DNA of 64,000 bases from the IMG/VR virus record IMGVR_UViG_3300002092_000039, one strand, 5' to 3'. How positions within the stretch are numbered: the first letter of the stretch is position 1; every line of letters starts with the position of its first letter. Below, one piece after another: positions 9,862-19,861 of the stretch. The translations under genes were made by a program, and so were the position numbers. The notes under the pieces were generated by a model that was given only the letters and a program-made list of their open reading frames with translations, ran no database searches and was not told the origin of the DNA. The DNA comes from an uncultured virus (IMG/VR IMGVR_UViG_3300002092_000039) (Duplodnaviria > Heunggongvirae > Uroviricota > Caudoviricetes).

Positions 9862-10866
9862 ATGACATTTTCCTGTGCAAGAATACAACACTGTATCCGT
9901 ATCAACAATACCAATGATGAACAGGTAGGGTTTTGTTGCGCCTTGAAAGGAAAGATTCCTAACTTTTTTAGCGTGGATGAGATGTATGCCAGTAATTGGT
10001 ATGCAGGGTTTGTTCAGAAACAAGAGCAGGGAATTTGGCCAGATGAGTGTGAACAATGTTCAGATCAGGAAAAATACAATCAATTAAGCTTTAGACAAAC
10101 TTCCAATAAAAAACATCAAGTATATAAAAAACTTAATCCCAATTACAAAGTTTTTGATATCAGTACTGACAATATATGTAATGCTGCTTGTCAGACCTGT
10201 GGCCCAGGATCCAGTAGCCTTTATGCTAAAATAATGAACTATAGTCCCATGTTGCAGAACAAGGGAATACAGTATATTGAACGGTACTTGGATGATAATG
10301 TTATTCAAGTTGACCTAGCAGGCGGTGAACCGTTTTATAGCAAATCATATAGGAAGATTCTAGCCAATCTGCCAGACAGTGTAAAGTGGCTTAGGATTAA
10401 TACAAATGGAAGTATGCCATATGATCTCAGTGAATTACTCAATAGAGGAATTGTTATTGAGTTAACTGTGAGCATAGATGCAATTGGCAACTTGTTTGAA
10501 TATATTCGATGGCCTTTGAAATGGGATGTTGTTGAAGAAAATTTGTTGTTTTGGATTAAGCAACGTGATGAGAACTCAAAATTAAAACTGGCACTGAACC
10601 CTACTATTAGTGCGTTAAACATTGAACATATAGAAAAAATTAGAGATTATGCTAAAAAGTTAAATTTGGCAATCAGTTATAATCATCTGAATCGAGTCGA
10701 TGTGCTTGATATTAGATATAGGAATAAGCTTACTGAACGTGCTATAAATGTACAGTATGACTTTCCAATAGCTGTTGATAGAGATAACAGCATTGAACTT
10801 GAAGAATGGCTAAAACATAATGATCAGGCAAGAGGCATTGATCATAGAACATATTATGGAGAATAA
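9862..10866 (+). CDS. Radical SAM protein
   Basis: CNAACQTC, AGGEP, NTNG, VSIDA, YIRWP. Confidence 0.9.
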   Translation: MTFSCARIQHCIRINNTNDEQVGFCCALKGKIPNFFSVDEMYASNWYAGFVQKQEQGIWPDECEQCSDQEKYNQLSFRQTSNKKHQVYKKLNPNYKVFDISTDNICNAACQTCGPGSSSLYAKIMNYSPMLQNKGIQYIERYLDDNVIQVDLAGGEPFYSKSYRKILANLPDSVKWLRINTNGSMPYDLSELLNRGIVIELTVSIDAIGNLFEYIRWPLKWDVVEENLLFWIKQRDENSKLKLALNPTISALNIEHIEKIRDYAKKLNLAISYNHLNRVDVLDIRYRNKLTERAINVQYDFPIAVDRDNSIELEEWLKHNDQARGIDHRTYYGE

Positions 10867-10868
10867 AG

Positions 10869-11936
10869 ATGGCTAAACCTTTTGATATTTCAAAGTTTCG
10901 TAAGGACCTAACAAAGAGCATTGATGGACTAAGCTTTGGATTTAATGATCCAACAGATTGGATCTCAACAGGCAACTATACACTCAATTATCTAATCAGT
11001 GGTGACTTTCATAGAGGTATCCCACTTGGTAAGGTTACGGTGTTTGCCGGTGAGTCTGGTGCTGGTAAGAGCTATATCTGCTCTGGTAACATCATTAAGA
11101 ACGCACAAGAGCAGGGCATTTTTTGCATTCTAATTGATAGTGAGAACGCACTTGATGAAGCGTGGCTACACGCATTGGGCGTTGATACTCATGAAGACAA
11201 ACTACTAAAAATGAACATGGCAATGATTGATGACGTTGCTCGCACTATCAGCGAGTTTATGAAGTCATATAAGACAATCCCAGATGGTGAACTAAAGCCA
11301 AAGGTACTATTCGTTATTGACTCACTGGGCATGTTGCTTACTCCAACTGACGTTAATCAGTTCGAAGCAGGTGAGATGAAGGGCGACATGGGTCGCAAGC
11401 CCAAGGCATTGACTGCACTTGTTCGTAACTGTGTTAATATGTTTGGTGCAGCAAACGTGGGAATGGTATGTACTAATCACACTTATGCTAGTCAAGACAT
11501 GTTTGATCCAGATGACAAGATCAGTGGTGGGCAAGGATTTATCTACGCAAGTTCTATTGTTGTGGCAATGCGTAAGCTTAAGCTAAAGACCGATGCTGAT
11601 GGTAACAAGACCAGTCAAGTACATGGTATTAGATCAGCTTGTAAGGTTATGAAGACACGCTATAGCAAGCCATTTGAGTCAGTACAGGTTGAGATCCCAT
11701 ATGAAACTGGTATGAGTCCCACTAGTGGATTGCTTGATATGTTTGAAGCAAAGGGTATTCTAGTTAAGGAAGGCAATAGACTTGCTTATACCAGCACAAC
11801 CACTGGTGAAGTTATCAAGGAATTCCGCAAGGGTTGGACAGATGATAAATTAATGATTATCATTGATGAATGGAAAGAAACTACAACTAAGTCTGTTGTC
11901 AATGTTGAGACTGAGGAGTTAGTAGAAGATGAGTGA
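10869..11936 (+). CDS. uvsX: RecA/UvsX recombinase
   Basis: GESGAGKS Walker A, DSENA, VIDSLG, ISGG. Confidence 0.95.
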   Translation: MAKPFDISKFRKDLTKSIDGLSFGFNDPTDWISTGNYTLNYLISGDFHRGIPLGKVTVFAGESGAGKSYICSGNIIKNAQEQGIFCILIDSENALDEAWLHALGVDTHEDKLLKMNMAMIDDVARTISEFMKSYKTIPDGELKPKVLFVIDSLGMLLTPTDVNQFEAGEMKGDMGRKPKALTALVRNCVNMFGAANVGMVCTNHTYASQDMFDPDDKISGGQGFIYASSIVVAMRKLKLKTDADGNKTSQVHGIRSACKVMKTRYSKPFESVQVEIPYETGMSPTSGLLDMFEAKGILVKEGNRLAYTSTTTGEVIKEFRKGWTDDKLMIIIDEWKETTTKSVVNVETEELVEDE

Positions 11937-12138
11937 TACCGAATATCTTGTAACGATGTGGCAGACTGTTAAGGAATATATCCCTGCAAAGGATCGTCAA
12001 TCAGCAGCAGATCACATTGTGAATGAGCTCGTAGATTTGGGTATTGATGACCGAGATCTTGAAGAATTGGCTGTTGATAAAGCCATGCTTACAGCAATTA
12101 AAGAACATATCGAAGTCACAGAGGAAGACGAAGATTAA
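11929..12138 (+). CDS. Small acidic hypothetical protein
   Basis: Translationally coupled between uvsX and uvsY. Confidence 0.75.
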   Translation: MSDTEYLVTMWQTVKEYIPAKDRQSAADHIVNELVDLGIDDRDLEELAVDKAMLTAIKEHIEVTEEDED

Positions 12139-12140
12139 AA

Positions 12141-12593
12141 ATGTGGTATTCCAAGGTAACATCCAATTTGGGTTCTATACCGGACTTTATTGCCTATTAT
12201 GAAGATGAACTATTAAAGGCAAAACAGGACATCGGTATTAAGGGCAATGTTGAGAAATCAATTAGCTCGTTACCTGGAATTACAGAACAGCGGTTTAATC
12301 AGCTTCAGGAAATTGAGGCTGTATTAAACTTCCTCAACATTCAAATACGTGTAATACGTCGGAAGCATTTTCAAAAATATCTGGAACATTACGCCCGCGC
12401 TTTGAGTTCTCGCGATGCTGAAAAGTACGTTGAAGGTGAACAGGAAGTAGTAGACTATGAGACCATCATTAATGAGGTGGCGCTACTACGCAATAAGTGG
12501 CTGGGCGTAATGAAAGGCATTGACAGCAAGCAATGGCAGTTGAGCAACCTCGTAAAGCTTAAGGTTGCTGGTATGGAAGATTTCAGTATCTAA
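12141..12593 (+). CDS. uvsY: Recombination mediator UvsY-like
   Basis: Helical 150 aa near uvsX; YVEGE..V..INEVALLRNKWLGVMKGIDSKQWQL..L.KLKVAGMED. Confidence 0.75.
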   Translation: MWYSKVTSNLGSIPDFIAYYEDELLKAKQDIGIKGNVEKSISSLPGITEQRFNQLQEIEAVLNFLNIQIRVIRRKHFQKYLEHYARALSSRDAEKYVEGEQEVVDYETIINEVALLRNKWLGVMKGIDSKQWQLSNLVKLKVAGMEDFSI

Positions 12594-13398
12594 GAAACCC
12601 CAGTGGTAATCCCATTTTTGGGGTATTATAACTGTAGAACTTACTGGAATCACCTGTATAATTCTTACCATCGGGATCATCAATGATGATTTTTGTATCG
12701 CTCATTGTAATGGCATTAAACATATTAGCCATTTCACTTAGCTTAAACTTTTCCCTATATACAACATTGATATCCTGGTGTTTGCAATCACCATTCAATA
12801 TAATATCAACCATGGGCGTCAGGTCTTCAAGGTTAATAAAATCAAATAATCTGTCTTGATAAATGTGATACTCTTGTCTGCTGTATAGCTGTATCTTCTT
12901 AAAAAATCTCTTGTTGCTTTCAGTATAATGAAATACTCCAAACAGTCTCAAGTTAAAGAAATTCTCATACTGTGGCATGTCACGACTAATAAAGTTCTTT
13001 ACATATCCATAAGTGTATTGTGGCTCACGATCAAAGATCAAACGCTCATCAGCCATAATAATATCTTGATCTGTATCAAATTCGTTCCCACTGCCGAAGT
13101 TTATTAAACGCTTGAAACGATGACGATTCTGCACTAGGTTATCCCACATACGCAGGTTATCCACAATGATCTTGTCACTCATGGATCCTTTAAGCTCGTA
13201 TAGATTTTCTCTACCCACGAGCGCAGTATGTATTACACAATCAAAATAATTGCTGTTAAAGAAAACTCTTACAGCTTCCTTATCCAATAGGTCCAACTTA
13301 TCTCTGCCACACTCAAATACCTGATGTCCATATTCACGAAGGTAAGAGCTTAGGTAGCTGCCAATAAATCCTTTTGCACCGGTTATCATAATACGCAT
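12583..13398 (-). CDS. NAD-dependent epimerase/dehydratase
   Basis: ITGAKGFIG Rossmann motif, YGYVK (YxxxK), RLFGVF. Confidence 0.9.
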   Translation of the reverse strand: MRIMITGAKGFIGSYLSSYLREYGHQVFECGRDKLDLLDKEAVRVFFNSNYFDCVIHTALVGRENLYELKGSMSDKIIVDNLRMWDNLVQNRHRFKRLINFGSGNEFDTDQDIIMADERLIFDREPQYTYGYVKNFISRDMPQYENFFNLRLFGVFHYTESNKRFFKKIQLYSRQEYHIYQDRLFDFINLEDLTPMVDIILNGDCKHQDINVVYREKFKLSEMANMFNAITMSDTKIIIDDPDGKNYTGDSSKFYSYNTPKMGLPLGFLRY

Positions 13399-14204
13399 GT
13401 GTTAGCCCAATCCTTGCCCCAGTTGTATCCTTTTGTTTCCCCTCTTGAATTAACATACTGATGAAGAAACTCTCTGCTTTTATTCTCAATGCCCTGCTCT
13501 TTAAATTCCAATAACATCTGCATTTCATTTGATATTCTATAATGGTAAAATTCTACCAATGGGCGTATTAACAATTTGTTTTGGTTTAAAACAAGGTACG
13601 TACTAATCATACGCTCGCAGAGAAATCCGCGGTAATCTAATTTTAAATTTGGTTCGTAGCCTGCTGATTCATTCAACAGGTTCATATATTCTTCCGGTAA
13701 ATTGTTACAGGCATCTGCAAATCTTTTAAGGAATTCCAATAAACCATCCCAGAATTTCTTATTTCCAACAAAATAATTAACGCACATATATGTTTGATGC
13801 CCCATAGGAGCTTGTATTATACGTGGATCTTCACCCATATCAGCTAATATACGTTCTCCCAGCTTTATCATATTGGGATGGCACCACTGTCCCTGTTCCC
13901 AAACATTCCAATTTGAAACAGTTTCCCAAGGGTATGGGAAGAATGTATATACATCTGCATTTGGATTCTTTTCAATTATCTCTAATATTTGAGAAGCAGG
14001 AACACCTTCTAATTTTCGCTTCCATTGCCAGCTAAAGTGACCCCATAGATCTTCATTAGTTTTCTGTGCTTCCTCATAAATCTTGGTATAGATATAATAC
14101 TCATAGAGATTTGTTACTGGGTTAGCAGTGTTATCAAAAGGAGTAAACTCGGGATCAAGTTGAGATTTTTGTTCTTCTTTATAATATGCTTGGAATATTT
14201 TCAT
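13386..14204 (-). CDS. Putative glycosyltransferase-related protein
   Basis: Located in sugar-nucleotide cluster; NYFVG and GFLCERMIS motifs reminiscent of DUF4422-type proteins. Confidence 0.45.
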   Translation of the reverse strand: MKIFQAYYKEEQKSQLDPEFTPFDNTANPVTNLYEYYIYTKIYEEAQKTNEDLWGHFSWQWKRKLEGVPASQILEIIEKNPNADVYTFFPYPWETVSNWNVWEQGQWCHPNMIKLGERILADMGEDPRIIQAPMGHQTYMCVNYFVGNKKFWDGLLEFLKRFADACNNLPEEYMNLLNESAGYEPNLKLDYRGFLCERMISTYLVLNQNKLLIRPLVEFYHYRISNEMQMLLEFKEQGIENKSREFLHQYVNSRGETKGYNWGKDWANTCVL

Positions 14205-14246
14205 TGTTTGTACTTATTGATGCTATAATTACTATAGAGGTTTTAG

Positions 14247-15395
14247 ATGCAAGAATCAATCAATAATTGTGATGTGGTAGTTGTAGGATCGGGTATATTT
14301 GGTAGTGTTATAGCAGAGCAGTGTAGCAGAGCTGGTCTTAAAGTTGTAGTAATTGAATCCAGAAGCCATATAGGGGGTAACTGTTATACTGAAGACGATG
14401 CCAATACAGGCATTAATATACACAGATATGGCCCACACATTTTTCATACAAGTAACGAAAGAGTATGGAAATATATCAATCAGTTCACTGAGTTTAACAG
14501 TTATAGGCACCAGTGTATGAGTAGGGTAGGTAAAAAGACTTACTCAATGCCCATTAACCTTGCCACAGTTAATCAAAGACTGCATACAAATTGGACACCA
14601 AAGCAAGCCAAAGAGTTCTTTGACAGCTATGCAATGGTTTACAATGATCCTCAAAATTTTGAAGAACAAGCCATGGCATTAATGGGCAATGACTTATATC
14701 GAGCCTTCTTCAGAGAGTATACAATTAAACAATGGGATAAGGATCCCAGAGAACTCCCTGCCAGTGTAGCACGACGGTTGCCAGTTAGGTTCAATTATAA
14801 CACCAGATACTATAATGATTTATGGGAAGGCATTCCAGTTATGGGATACACTCCAATTTTTGAAAAAATGCTGAACCATATCAACATTGAAGTATTTTTA
14901 AACACTGATTTCTTTAAAGTCAAACACATGATACCTGCGGACAAGACTGTGGTATACAGTGGACCAATTGATAGGTATTTTGATTACAAGCATGGTGTAT
15001 TAAACTGGCGTACTTGTGATTTTGAATTTAAAACATTTAATATTGAGGATTATCAAGGGGTAACACAGATAAATTATCCCAGTCTTTCCACGCCATACAC
15101 CAGAACAATTGAGTTCAAGCATTTTCATCCTGAGCGCAACTACACAAGAGATCATACTGTTGTGAGCTTTGAATACAGCAGAGCAGCGGGTGTAGAAGAT
15201 ACTCCATACTATCCTGTAAATACTCAAGAAGACAAGTTGAAATACTCAATGTATCATATTGAAGCAAAGCAACTGCAAAACACCATTATTGGTGGTAGAC
15301 TTGGTGAATATATGTATTATGACATGCATCAGGTAATTGGCGCCGCATTAACAACTTATGAAAAGAGGATTAAAAATGGCTGCTGTAACTTTTGA
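14247..15395 (+). CDS. glf: UDP-galactopyranose mutase
   Basis: VVGSGIFG, HIGGNCY, HRYGPHIFHT, PYYP, GRLGEYMYYDM. Confidence 0.95.
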   Translation: MQESINNCDVVVVGSGIFGSVIAEQCSRAGLKVVVIESRSHIGGNCYTEDDANTGINIHRYGPHIFHTSNERVWKYINQFTEFNSYRHQCMSRVGKKTYSMPINLATVNQRLHTNWTPKQAKEFFDSYAMVYNDPQNFEEQAMALMGNDLYRAFFREYTIKQWDKDPRELPASVARRLPVRFNYNTRYYNDLWEGIPVMGYTPIFEKMLNHINIEVFLNTDFFKVKHMIPADKTVVYSGPIDRYFDYKHGVLNWRTCDFEFKTFNIEDYQGVTQINYPSLSTPYTRTIEFKHFHPERNYTRDHTVVSFEYSRAAGVEDTPYYPVNTQEDKLKYSMYHIEAKQLQNTIIGGRLGEYMYYDMHQVIGAALTTYEKRIKNGCCNF

Positions 15396-16125
15396 ACAGA
15401 GTATAGATCACAGTGCTGATACACTGAATACCTTAAATCAGTTTACTAATTTTATGGACTGTATCAAAACTGTTGCTGACATGGGGTGTGGGTCAGGTGA
15501 TGATGCTTATTGGTGGGCTCAGTTGGTGAATGAAAATGGTGATCCAAGAAATATTAATGTATTTGGTATTGATAAACAATTTGAACCTGCAAAAACTAAA
15601 TTTCATGACAACATAACCTACATACAAGCAGATTTTACATCCAGTGGGCTTGCCAAGGACAGTGTGGATTTTGTTTGGGCACATAATAGTTTGCAATATA
15701 GTCTGAGCCCATTACAAACATTATTGCATTGGTGGGATATAATGAAGCCCGAAGCAATGCTGTTAGTAAGCATTCCATATAACTTTGAAATAAGAACAAC
15801 TCATGACAGATCTTCTGTTGACGTGTTTTATGGGCACAATTCTTATTATAATTTTGGTATGGGCAACTTAATCATGAGTTTAGCATTAACTGGATTTGAT
15901 TGTAGGAACAGCCATTTTAAGATGGATAAAGAAAACAACTGGATACAGGCAGCGGTGTATAAGTTACCAAAGCAACCAAATCCACATAGAAGTTGGTATG
16001 ATTTAGTAGAAGAAAACCTATTACCAATGGATATTCATGATGCAATCAATCAAAATGGTAATTTTAGGGACAGTGACATTAGTTGTGAGTGGATTGACAG
16101 GAGTCAGTACTTTTTGGGACTATAA
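15376..16125 (+). CDS. Class I SAM-dependent methyltransferase
   Basis: VADMGCGSG motif I, GID, VDFVWAHNSLQY. Confidence 0.85.
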   Translation: MAAVTFEQSIDHSADTLNTLNQFTNFMDCIKTVADMGCGSGDDAYWWAQLVNENGDPRNINVFGIDKQFEPAKTKFHDNITYIQADFTSSGLAKDSVDFVWAHNSLQYSLSPLQTLLHWWDIMKPEAMLLVSIPYNFEIRTTHDRSSVDVFYGHNSYYNFGMGNLIMSLALTGFDCRNSHFKMDKENNWIQAAVYKLPKQPNPHRSWYDLVEENLLPMDIHDAINQNGNFRDSDISCEWIDRSQYFLGL

Positions 16126-16169
16126 ATTCAGTTGACTTTTGCAATATGATGTCGTAAACTAGATAAATA

Positions 16170-16266
16170 ATAGACGGTTGTTAACGTGAATCAATTAATC
16201 GCATTCACAATTAACATTGTCTATTTTTAACAACCCAGCTGAAACAGGGATAATCCTGTTATTCAG
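16170..16266 (+). promoter_or_regulatory. Structured 5' leader of OMP gene after late promoter
   Basis: TAAATA at about 16164, then two hairpins (atagac..gtctat and ctgaa/acagg..cctgt/ttcag). Confidence 0.55.
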
Positions 16267-16288
16267 TGCAGAACAAAAGGAAAGAAAA

Positions 16289-16867
16289 ATGAAGAAACTT
16301 TTTACAGCAATGTTTGCCCTCGTGGCAGGCGTATCAGTGGCCTGTGCTGCTGATCTTCCATCCAAGAGTGCAGCCGCTGCTCCAGCAGTTTCAACAAGTG
16401 CTTTTGGTCTAAGCGGATGGTACGCAGGTGGTTTTGTCGGTGGCAACTTCGACGATACCAACAAGTTCAAGTATGATACTACTCCTAAGGTATTCGGCGG
16501 TCTCGTTGGATATGAGTGGGGTAAGTATGTCCGTACAGAAGCAACTTTCGATTATACTACCAAGATCGTCCCCATTACTCCTCCTAAGTCTGGACAGACT
16601 GCATTCGCTAATGCAATCGCTCAGTACCCAGTTGGATTTGGCGTAACTCCTTACCTCTTGGCAGGTGTTGGTTACGGTTGGGGTGCATGGGATAAGGTTG
16701 TCGGCAAGAATGATGATCGTACCCTTTACAACATTGGTGCTGGTCTTCGTTATGACTTGACTAAGTCATTCGAAGTTGATGGTCGTTATCGTTATGTTGA
16801 CGGTTTGACTGCCCAGAAGTTCGACAACAACCATGTTGTTACTCTTGGTGTAAACTACAAGTTCTAA
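16289..16867 (+). CDS. Outer-membrane beta-barrel protein (Omp25/RopB-like)
   Basis: Signal peptide ending ACA|ADLPSK, GWYAGGFVG, PYLLAGVG, C-terminal GVNYKF beta-signal. Confidence 0.9.
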   Translation: MKKLFTAMFALVAGVSVACAADLPSKSAAAAPAVSTSAFGLSGWYAGGFVGGNFDDTNKFKYDTTPKVFGGLVGYEWGKYVRTEATFDYTTKIVPITPPKSGQTAFANAIAQYPVGFGVTPYLLAGVGYGWGAWDKVVGKNDDRTLYNIGAGLRYDLTKSFEVDGRYRYVDGLTAQKFDNNHVVTLGVNYKF

Positions 16868-16880
16868 TTTGAACTGGGTG

Positions 16881-16912
16881 AAAAGGTGCTGCTTATCTGT
16901 AGCACCTTTTTT
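16881..16912 (+). terminator. Intrinsic terminator
   Basis: aaaaggtgct..agcacctttttt. Confidence 0.8.
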
Positions 16913-16971
16913 CACGACTTTTATTTGACAATGTGATAAATCATGTTATATTACTAAGTGAGGTAACAAAC

Positions 16972-17199
16972 ATGGATCATTTTGATAAGTTTCTGGAAGC
17001 ACTTGAAGAATTTGTTGATGCCCGCGACGATGCGTGGATGGAAGAAGAAAATCACAATTATAAGCAGTCCATTGAGATAATTGATTCAAGAGCGGAGCCT
17101 GCTAAAGAGCGTATGAGAGTGGCGTTTAATATGGCTGTTCGTGCTGCCATTGATGAGTATCCAGCTGTTAGGAAGACCTACTTTACCATGGAGCATTAA
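16972..17199 (+). CDS. Hypothetical protein
   Basis: TTGACA-N16-TATATT promoter (16925-16952) and GAGG RBS. Confidence 0.7.
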   Translation: MDHFDKFLEALEEFVDARDDAWMEEENHNYKQSIEIIDSRAEPAKERMRVAFNMAVRAAIDEYPAVRKTYFTMEH

Positions 17200-17505
17200 A
17201 TGAAATTTGTCACCGTAATGGATATGTGGCTGCTGATCTGTAACATCGGCTTGCTGGGTTGTCTAATTTATGTCGTGCGTCAAATGATAGCGTTAATGAA
17301 AGAGTTCCAAGCATGGAAACATGCTGAAGTTATTGATAAAGAAATGAAGTATGTGATACAGTTAATCAAAGATGAAAGAGATAATCTCACCGGTAGTATG
17401 ACAACTGCTGACATTGATATTAAAACTGAATTCTGCGATGATATCATTAGTCAGATTGAACGTCGTCGTACTAAGAATATTATTGCAGCGGCGCAGGTAA
17501 AGTAA
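17200..17505 (+). CDS. Hypothetical membrane protein
   Basis: N-terminal hydrophobic helix, GGAG RBS. Confidence 0.7.
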   Translation: MKFVTVMDMWLLICNIGLLGCLIYVVRQMIALMKEFQAWKHAEVIDKEMKYVIQLIKDERDNLTGSMTTADIDIKTEFCDDIISQIERRRTKNIIAAAQVK

Positions 17506-18378
17506 ATGGATTTTGAGTATGATGAAAGTAGTAAATTACTTTCTGAAACCAAAGATAACCTAACTAAACTACGAGAAAATGTAACAACGAACATTTGGGG
17601 AAGTGGCTTATATACTGACTTTGAGCAGGCATATGGCAAATACCTATATGTTCCTTTTGATATCCCTGTCATTATACCTGATGACAGGGATAAGTTCCTA
17701 CATTTTTTCTTTGAAAATGCTAACTCATCTAAAAAATTGAAAACGGATCTGATATCAACAGATCAAGATACTATCATGCCATATAAGCAGATAACTTCTG
17801 TCTCAGAAGGGCAACATGCTGATGTATGGTCATCTAATAAGGTGCCGGAAATTTATACTGAATTTCCCAAGCTATTTGAGCAAATACATGATTATATGCC
17901 CTTTATTGATAGGAAAGATTTTAAATGGGCAATGTGGTCCAGCACCAAGCACGTTCCTGCTCACAGAGACTATGGAAGTCAAATTGATGCCCCAGTTGGT
18001 ATTAGGATCATGCTGCATGATGATAATCCAATTCCAACACTTAGTTTAAAGCTTGATCCAATTGGTGGTACAGAAACAATTAATACAGTTATCAAATTAC
18101 CAAAAACTACTAATTCGTTTTCATGGAATAACCTAAGACAGAAGCATAAGAGTATATTTGTGCCCAAACATAAGAAGATTCTTATGATCCTTTCAGCGAA
18201 GGAAAGTTCCAGAATTTTAACTTCAAAGAAAAGATTAAATCAATATATTGACTTACTGGATAGAAGTATAGTAAAGTATAAGGAATTGGTAGCAGTAGAT
18301 ACGGTTACCAATTATACAGATTATCTAACATTTACTGAATCAGATCCGATCAATAATATCATTGAAAAGGATATATAA
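17506..18378 (+). CDS. Putative 2OG-Fe(II)/cupin-type oxygenase
   Basis: PAHRD (HxD) with distal NNLRQKH. Confidence 0.45.
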   Translation: MDFEYDESSKLLSETKDNLTKLRENVTTNIWGSGLYTDFEQAYGKYLYVPFDIPVIIPDDRDKFLHFFFENANSSKKLKTDLISTDQDTIMPYKQITSVSEGQHADVWSSNKVPEIYTEFPKLFEQIHDYMPFIDRKDFKWAMWSSTKHVPAHRDYGSQIDAPVGIRIMLHDDNPIPTLSLKLDPIGGTETINTVIKLPKTTNSFSWNNLRQKHKSIFVPKHKKILMILSAKESSRILTSKKRLNQYIDLLDRSIVKYKELVAVDTVTNYTDYLTFTESDPINNIIEKDI

Positions 18379-18389
18379 TATTAAGTTTC

Positions 18390-18462
18390 GGGGGATTAGC
18401 TCATTTGGGAGAGCGTCTGATTTGCATTCAGAAGGTAAACGGTTCGATCCCGTTATCCTCCA
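18390..18462 (+). tRNA. tRNA-Ala(UGC)
   Basis: Acceptor GGGGGAT/ATCCTCC with G3:U70, D-arm GCTC/GAGC, anticodon stem TCTGA/TCAGA with TGC, T-loop TTCGATC; CCA not encoded. Confidence 0.95.
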
Positions 18463-18471
18463 CATAAGCGG

Positions 18472-18518
18472 CTCCGTTGTATAAATAGTAATGTCAATAA
18501 AACTATTATACAACGGAG
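18472..18518 (+). promoter_or_regulatory. Late promoter inside an RBS-sequestering hairpin
   Basis: ctccgttgtataaatagt pairs with actattatacaacggag; TATAAATA in the left arm, GGAG in the right arm. Confidence 0.8.
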
Positions 18519-18527
18519 TGCAGCGTT

Positions 18528-19169
18528 TTGTTTTACACTATCTATAAAATAACAAATTTGATAAACAATAAATTTTATATAGGAAAACATCAAACCACTA
18601 ATGTTAATGATGGATATATGGGATCTGGTAAGTTAATTATAGCAGCTATCAAAAAATATGGGGTAGGTAATTTCAAGAAAGATATACTTCATATATTTGA
18701 TAACGAGCAAGACATGAATGAAGCGGAAAAGAATTTAGTTATTTTATCTGAGGATAGTTATAACCTATGTCCCGGTGGCCAAGGCGGTTTTGGATACATT
18801 AATAAAAATATTGATTTGCAACAAAGAAATAGAGACATAAACTCTCGTAAAAATTATAATGATTTGATTTTACGAAAACGACTTTCAGAAGGACAACAAA
18901 GAGCACTTCCTTTTAGAAAACCCGCAATGATATCTAATGAATCAAGATCTAAAATACTTGCACCTTTAAAAAGAGGCAATACGCCTGAAGCAATTATAAA
19001 GAAAAAAGAAACATGGCAAAAGAATAATAGAGGCATTGGTAAGAATAATTCTCAATTTGGTACTTGCTGGGTTACGAATGGAATAGAAAATAAGAAAATT
19101 AAAAAAGAAGAAATTGATTTCTATTTAGAAAACGGATATAATAAAGGTAGAAAGATTAAACATCAATGA
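18528..19169 (+). CDS. GIY-YIG homing endonuclease (Seg-like)
   Basis: TIYKITNLINNKFYIGKH, YMGSG, YNLCPGG, C-terminal WVTNG..GR. Confidence 0.9.
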   Translation: MFYTIYKITNLINNKFYIGKHQTTNVNDGYMGSGKLIIAAIKKYGVGNFKKDILHIFDNEQDMNEAEKNLVILSEDSYNLCPGGQGGFGYINKNIDLQQRNRDINSRKNYNDLILRKRLSEGQQRALPFRKPAMISNESRSKILAPLKRGNTPEAIIKKKETWQKNNRGIGKNNSQFGTCWVTNGIENKKIKKEEIDFYLENGYNKGRKIKHQ

Positions 19170-19861
19170 AAAAGATAAAAGTATTTTGGAATATCAACGA
19201 ACTAGCCAATTGGAAAACTGTATTTGATCAACAGTTTGAATGCATGGTAAAAAGCGGTTTAATTGATGCCGCATCTGAAATAATCCTTATGGGAAATGGT
19301 AGACAGCGAGCATTTACTACTATTTTGTCTGAACATTCACAGTATAAGAATATCTCATTGGTAAGTGTTGCTGGCAATGCCTCACTGTTTGAATATCCTG
19401 GATTGATGTTTATGCAGAAGCAAGCGCAGGAAGCAGAAGAGCCATTCCATATTTGTTATATTCACCTTAAAGGTCTTACACGTTGGGGTAATCCAAATGT
19501 TGAAGACTGGAAGCTTTGGCTCAACTGGTGTGTGATTGAACGCTGGAAAGATAATGTTGAAGCACTGCAAACACATGATACATCAGGACCAAATTGGGAA
19601 CAGGAACCATGGCCACACCACAGTAGTAATTTTTGGTGGGCTAATAGTGAGTATGTTGCCAAGTTAACTCCGCTGGTTCATCCTCATAAATTGGTATCAG
19701 TTGGGGCAACGCAGTTCAAGGGCCATGGACATTGGCGATTTGATCATGAAGCTTGGCTGGGTAGTGGCAACCCAAATGCTCACGAGATTGCCCGTAGCTT
19801 TGCAGTAGGTGGAGACCATTATGAAAAGCCTTATCCACCTGAACTTTATCGTACTGATTGA
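19166..19861 (+). CDS. Putative glycosyltransferase-like protein
   Basis: YIHLKG, NFWWANSEY, E.W motifs recalled from phage glycan-related ORFs. Confidence 0.4.
   Translation: MKKIKVFWNINELANWKTVFDQQFECMVKSGLIDAASEIILMGNGRQRAFTTILSEHSQYKNISLVSVAGNASLFEYPGLMFMQKQAQEAEEPFHICYIHLKGLTRWGNPNVEDWKLWLNWCVIERWKDNVEALQTHDTSGPNWEQEPWPHHSSNFWWANSEYVAKLTPLVHPHKLVSVGATQFKGHGHWRFDHEAWLGSGNPNAHEIARSFAVGGDHYEKPYPPELYRTD

Noticed and set aside
16180..16215. CtrA box (TTAA-N7-TTAA) upstream of OMP
   Set aside because: TTAA half-sites are spaced 10 and 12 nt, not 7.
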